This document shows positions 60,713 to 64,000 of a DNA stretch of 64,000 nucleotides, one piece after another; within the stretch, counting starts at the first letter, position 1, and each line of letters starts with the position of its first letter. The notes beneath the pieces were generated by a model. It saw only the letters and a list, made by a program, of their open reading frames with translations. It was not told the origin of the DNA and searched no databases. The translations under genes were made by a program, and so were the position numbers. Source of the DNA: Okamejei kenojei (taxonomy: Eukaryota). The stretch lies in assembly GCA_035221665.1 (NCBI GenBank), contig CM069141.1:48050001-48114000 (forward strand), read 5' to 3'.

Positions 60713-63143
60713 ATGAGAGATAATATATATTGGCTGCTCAAATACCGACTATTGTGCTGCTTTTTCTGCCTCTGGGACCTTGTTTCTGGGCAGATACGAT
60801 ATTCGGTACCAGAGGAATTGCAACTGGGTGCCTTTGTTGGGAATATCGCAATTGATTTGGGTTTAGATTTAAAGCAGCTCCCGGCTCGCAGTTTGCGGGT
60901 GGCACCCAGCCAGATGAAGCGATATGTTGACGTAAATTTGGAAAAGGGGATTTTATTTGTCATTGAGAGAATCGACAGGGAGCAACTTTGCGGGCTGAGC
61001 ACCGATTGCATTTTACCCCTAATAGTCGTGCTTGAAAATCCCCTCAGTCTTCACCAGGTGGAAGTGGAGATACTGGATGTAAATGATAACGCTCCCAGTT
61101 TCCCCAAAAGCCAGATCCGCCTTGAAATCTCAGGAGAATATGGCACCGGGAGCGCGATTCACCCTCGAGGCTGCTCAAGATCCGGACATTGGGACGAACT
61201 CCTTGCAGACTTACCAGCTCCTTCCTAATGATTATTTCAATCTTGATGTACAAGAACGCGCCAGGCTGGGAAATTTACCGGTCTTAGTGCTGCAGCGGGC
61301 CTTGGATCGAGAAACGACATCGAAGCATGACTTAACGATGCTTGCTGAAGACGGCGGAGTCCCTATAAGATCGGATAAGGTTCAGGTAACTGTCAGAGTG
61401 GAGGACGCGAACGACAATGCTCCTGTTTTCTCGCAAGCGGTTTATAGTGTCAGTATGGTGGAATCGGCTCCCGTAGGAAGACTGATTATGAAGTTGAACG
61501 CCACTGATTTAGATGATGGCCCGAATGGAGAGATAACATATTCTCTCAGCAGCCGTAACTCTGCTGATGTTCGTCATTTAGTAGGCGTGAATTCCCAAAC
61601 TGGTGAAATCAAACTCAAAAATCATATGGACTTTGAAGAAAGCAAAACATTTGTGATCAATATACAAGCAACAGATAAAGGTACACCTTCGATTTCTCAA
61701 CACTGTGATGTGTTGGTGGATGTTGTCGACGTGAATGACAATGCCCCTGAAGTGTCATTGACATACATGTCTAGTGCAGTGGCAGAAAATGTTCCAATCG
61801 GAACCATTGTCGCCCTTCTCAGCGCAGAAGATAAGGATTCTGGACAGAACGGGCAAGTACAATGTCAAATTCCGAATAAACTGCCCTTTAAGCTGGAATC
61901 ATCCGTGAGGAATAATTGGAAACTGCTTGTACAACACGGACTGGATCGAGAAACTACCTCCAGGTATGACATCACTGTGACATGCACGGATGCAGGGGAA
62001 CCACCGCTCACATCTTCGAAAAATATCCGTGCAGATATTTCAGATGTAAATGATAACGCACCGAGATTTACGCAGGCTGCATACACGGCAAATGTCATGG
62101 AGAATAACGTTATTGGGGATTCCATATTCTCCCTCACAGCCTATGATCCAGACGCGAGACAAAACGCCAGATTAAACTTTACTATCCTGAATTCAGTCGT
62201 GGCCTCATATGTCTCCATTAACTCACAAAATGGTGTCATATTTGCTCAGAAATCATTTGACTACGAACAATTGAAAAACTTCCAAATCCATGTATTGGTG
62301 CGAGATTCTGGAGTCCCACCGCTGTCCAGTAACGTTACTGTGGACGTTGTTATCCTCGATCAGAACGATAACGCGCCAGTGATCGTTAATCCTTTGCCCG
62401 AACATGGGTCAACTGTAATGGAGACAATATCGAGGTTTGCAGAACCTGGATACCTAGTTGCCAAGGTATCCGCTATTGACGCCGACTCCGGTCAGAATGC
62501 CCGTCTGAGTTATCATGTTTTTCAGGCCACCCACCGTAATTTATTTACTATTTCAGAGGATACTGGGGAAGTTTGGACCATACGTGGCATTGAGACAAAG
62601 GATGCATCGAAACAAAGGCTGGTTATTGTTGTAAAAGATAATGGAATCCCATCGCTTTCAGCCACAATGACCATTGTACTATCTGTGAAAGGAAGCGATA
62701 CGATATCCAGTGCCACCAGTCTATCTAAAAATCACGTTTTCTCTCCAGATTTGAACCTTTCTTTGGTCATAGCTTTAGGAACGACATCTATCATTTTCCT
62801 CGTTATTTTAATTATCCTGACTGTCAACGTTTATAAAAACAGAAATGGCGTAGGACGTCAATATGGTTCTCTGAACGTCTGCTGCTTTTTGGAGTCAAGG
62901 CGTTCTCTGAATGACATTCAGAATGCTAGCAGAAGCCTTCAGATACCACCGAACTACGTTGAGGTGTTCGGAGGTGATCCGCTTTCTCAGAGTTACCGTT
63001 ACGAGTCCTGTTCAACGTTGCAGTCTGCAAAGAGAGATTTAGGGACCACGCAAACGCGTGGGCTATCTACAGCAATGGATTACATCCAGAAAAAATCAGG
63101 ACTGATAAGTTCTGAAAACGCCAACTGCCGTGTGAATAATGAG
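60713..63143 (+). CDS. Clustered protocadherin variable exon V9 (subtype B) with one +1 frameshift (probable assembly error)
   Basis: ORFs 60713-61228 and 61083-63182 join on removing one G at 61133-61134 (tca-g-gag vs paralog tca-gag). Donor GAG|GTGAGT at 63143/63144. Confidence 0.9.
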
Positions 63144-64000
63144 GTGAGTTATTTCACAGAAAGAAAAACAATTGGGATGTGAGCTCTGGCCACTGCAACT
63201 TCATTAAATGTTGTGCCGGGGTGGAGGTGGGTAGTCACAAATTCGATCTATGATCAAACGGTAAAGGTACTTTCCCTTAACTTATTGATGTAAGCTCAAG
63301 GGATTTGACGATTGATATCTAGGGACAATGGTGTATTCAAGATTGATGATTATTAAGTGGTGCTGTCAATGCTGTGCTGTTGTTTTTTTAGAATGAGACA
63401 GTGAGACATTGGAAATACCTCTGAAGAAATATCAGTGATTCATCAGTTTAGTCGATGGCAGATTACATGAATATCTAAAGTACTCTTTGTAATGGTAATT
63501 ATTCTGGTAACATATTTCCGGAGAGTATTTTACTTTTTGAAAGTTGCTGGTGTCACTTGTCGAGGCAAATGTATGGTATTTCTCGGAAGTTTTGATTACC
63601 TCCTTCTTATGTAGTGTCCCCAAAGCCTAGGGAAACGTGCTTTTGGTCTGCAGTCGCAGCAAAAGTATGTATGTGACCGGACAAAAATATTTGTGCTAAA
63701 TAAGTGTCATGTACCCAAAAAATATGTAGCCAATTCAGCAGTTTCCAATATATGGTGAAACCATGTTAGTGGGATGTGAATTCATTAGTGGGAGCATGGT
63801 AATTCGAATTTCACGTTACCTTAATTGGTACATGTCACAATAAACTGACCGTGAAACCTTGAAACCTTGACATAAATAGAGTAGAAGTTGTCGTATCTGG
63901 TGCTAGGGATAGCTGATACCCACCAGTTTTAATTATTAATGAAGTGCCATTTCAACGCATCACTATTGTCTGGGACACTCCACCGCCCCCCAGCAGCCCG

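Larger units (their letters stand above)
44250..64000 (+). repeat. Tandem duplication of a spacer + promoter + exon unit: 44250-50030, 50030-56730, 56730-63210, 63210->64000
   Basis: Homologous non-coding blocks recur, e.g. tcaag(g/t)g(a/t)tt(t/a)gac...tattcaag at ~44331, 50113, 56830, 63296; aaaatatccgaatcaaa at ~45533, 50783, 57488; ttcggtgaatctt at ~46651, 53396, 59913. Confidence 0.85.

Noticed and set aside
10891-62716. Recurrent antisense ORFs over the exons (e.g. 27164-27562, 47465-47860, 54161-54544)
   Set aside because: They are shadows of the conserved sense codons with inconsistent starts and stops; there is no independent evidence of coding.
1-64000. Pcdh constant exons and specific gene symbols (PCDHA/PCDHG/PCDH10)
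   Set aside because: No constant-region peptide was recognised, and orthology cannot be assigned without phylogeny.

Overview
Eukaryotic (vertebrate) genomic DNA: part of the variable region of a clustered protocadherin (cPcdh) locus. HE1/V-SINE-type and CR1 repeats suggest an elasmobranch (skate/ray/shark); this is inference. Nine tandem + strand variable exons are present: one 5'-truncated, four intact, three with only single-base frameshifts, and one with six frameshifts plus an EC5-EC6 deletion. A full exon encodes a signal peptide, six cadherin repeats, a TM segment and a short cytoplasmic segment, and every exon ends at a phase-0 GAG|GT donor. No constant exons were seen. The eight exons whose 5' end is in the window each have a copy of a conserved promoter cassette and an out-of-frame ATG exactly 16 nt upstream of the start codon. 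The spacers contain at least two heavily decayed 'ghost' exons that the ORF track misses, CR1 LINE fragments, V-SINEs, non-autonomous Helitrons (one nested in another), a solo LTR and a Tx1-like L1 3' end. They also contain a family of ~90-bp TSD-flanked elements with a minimal hammerhead-ribozyme core. All comparisons were made by eye; no database searches were run.
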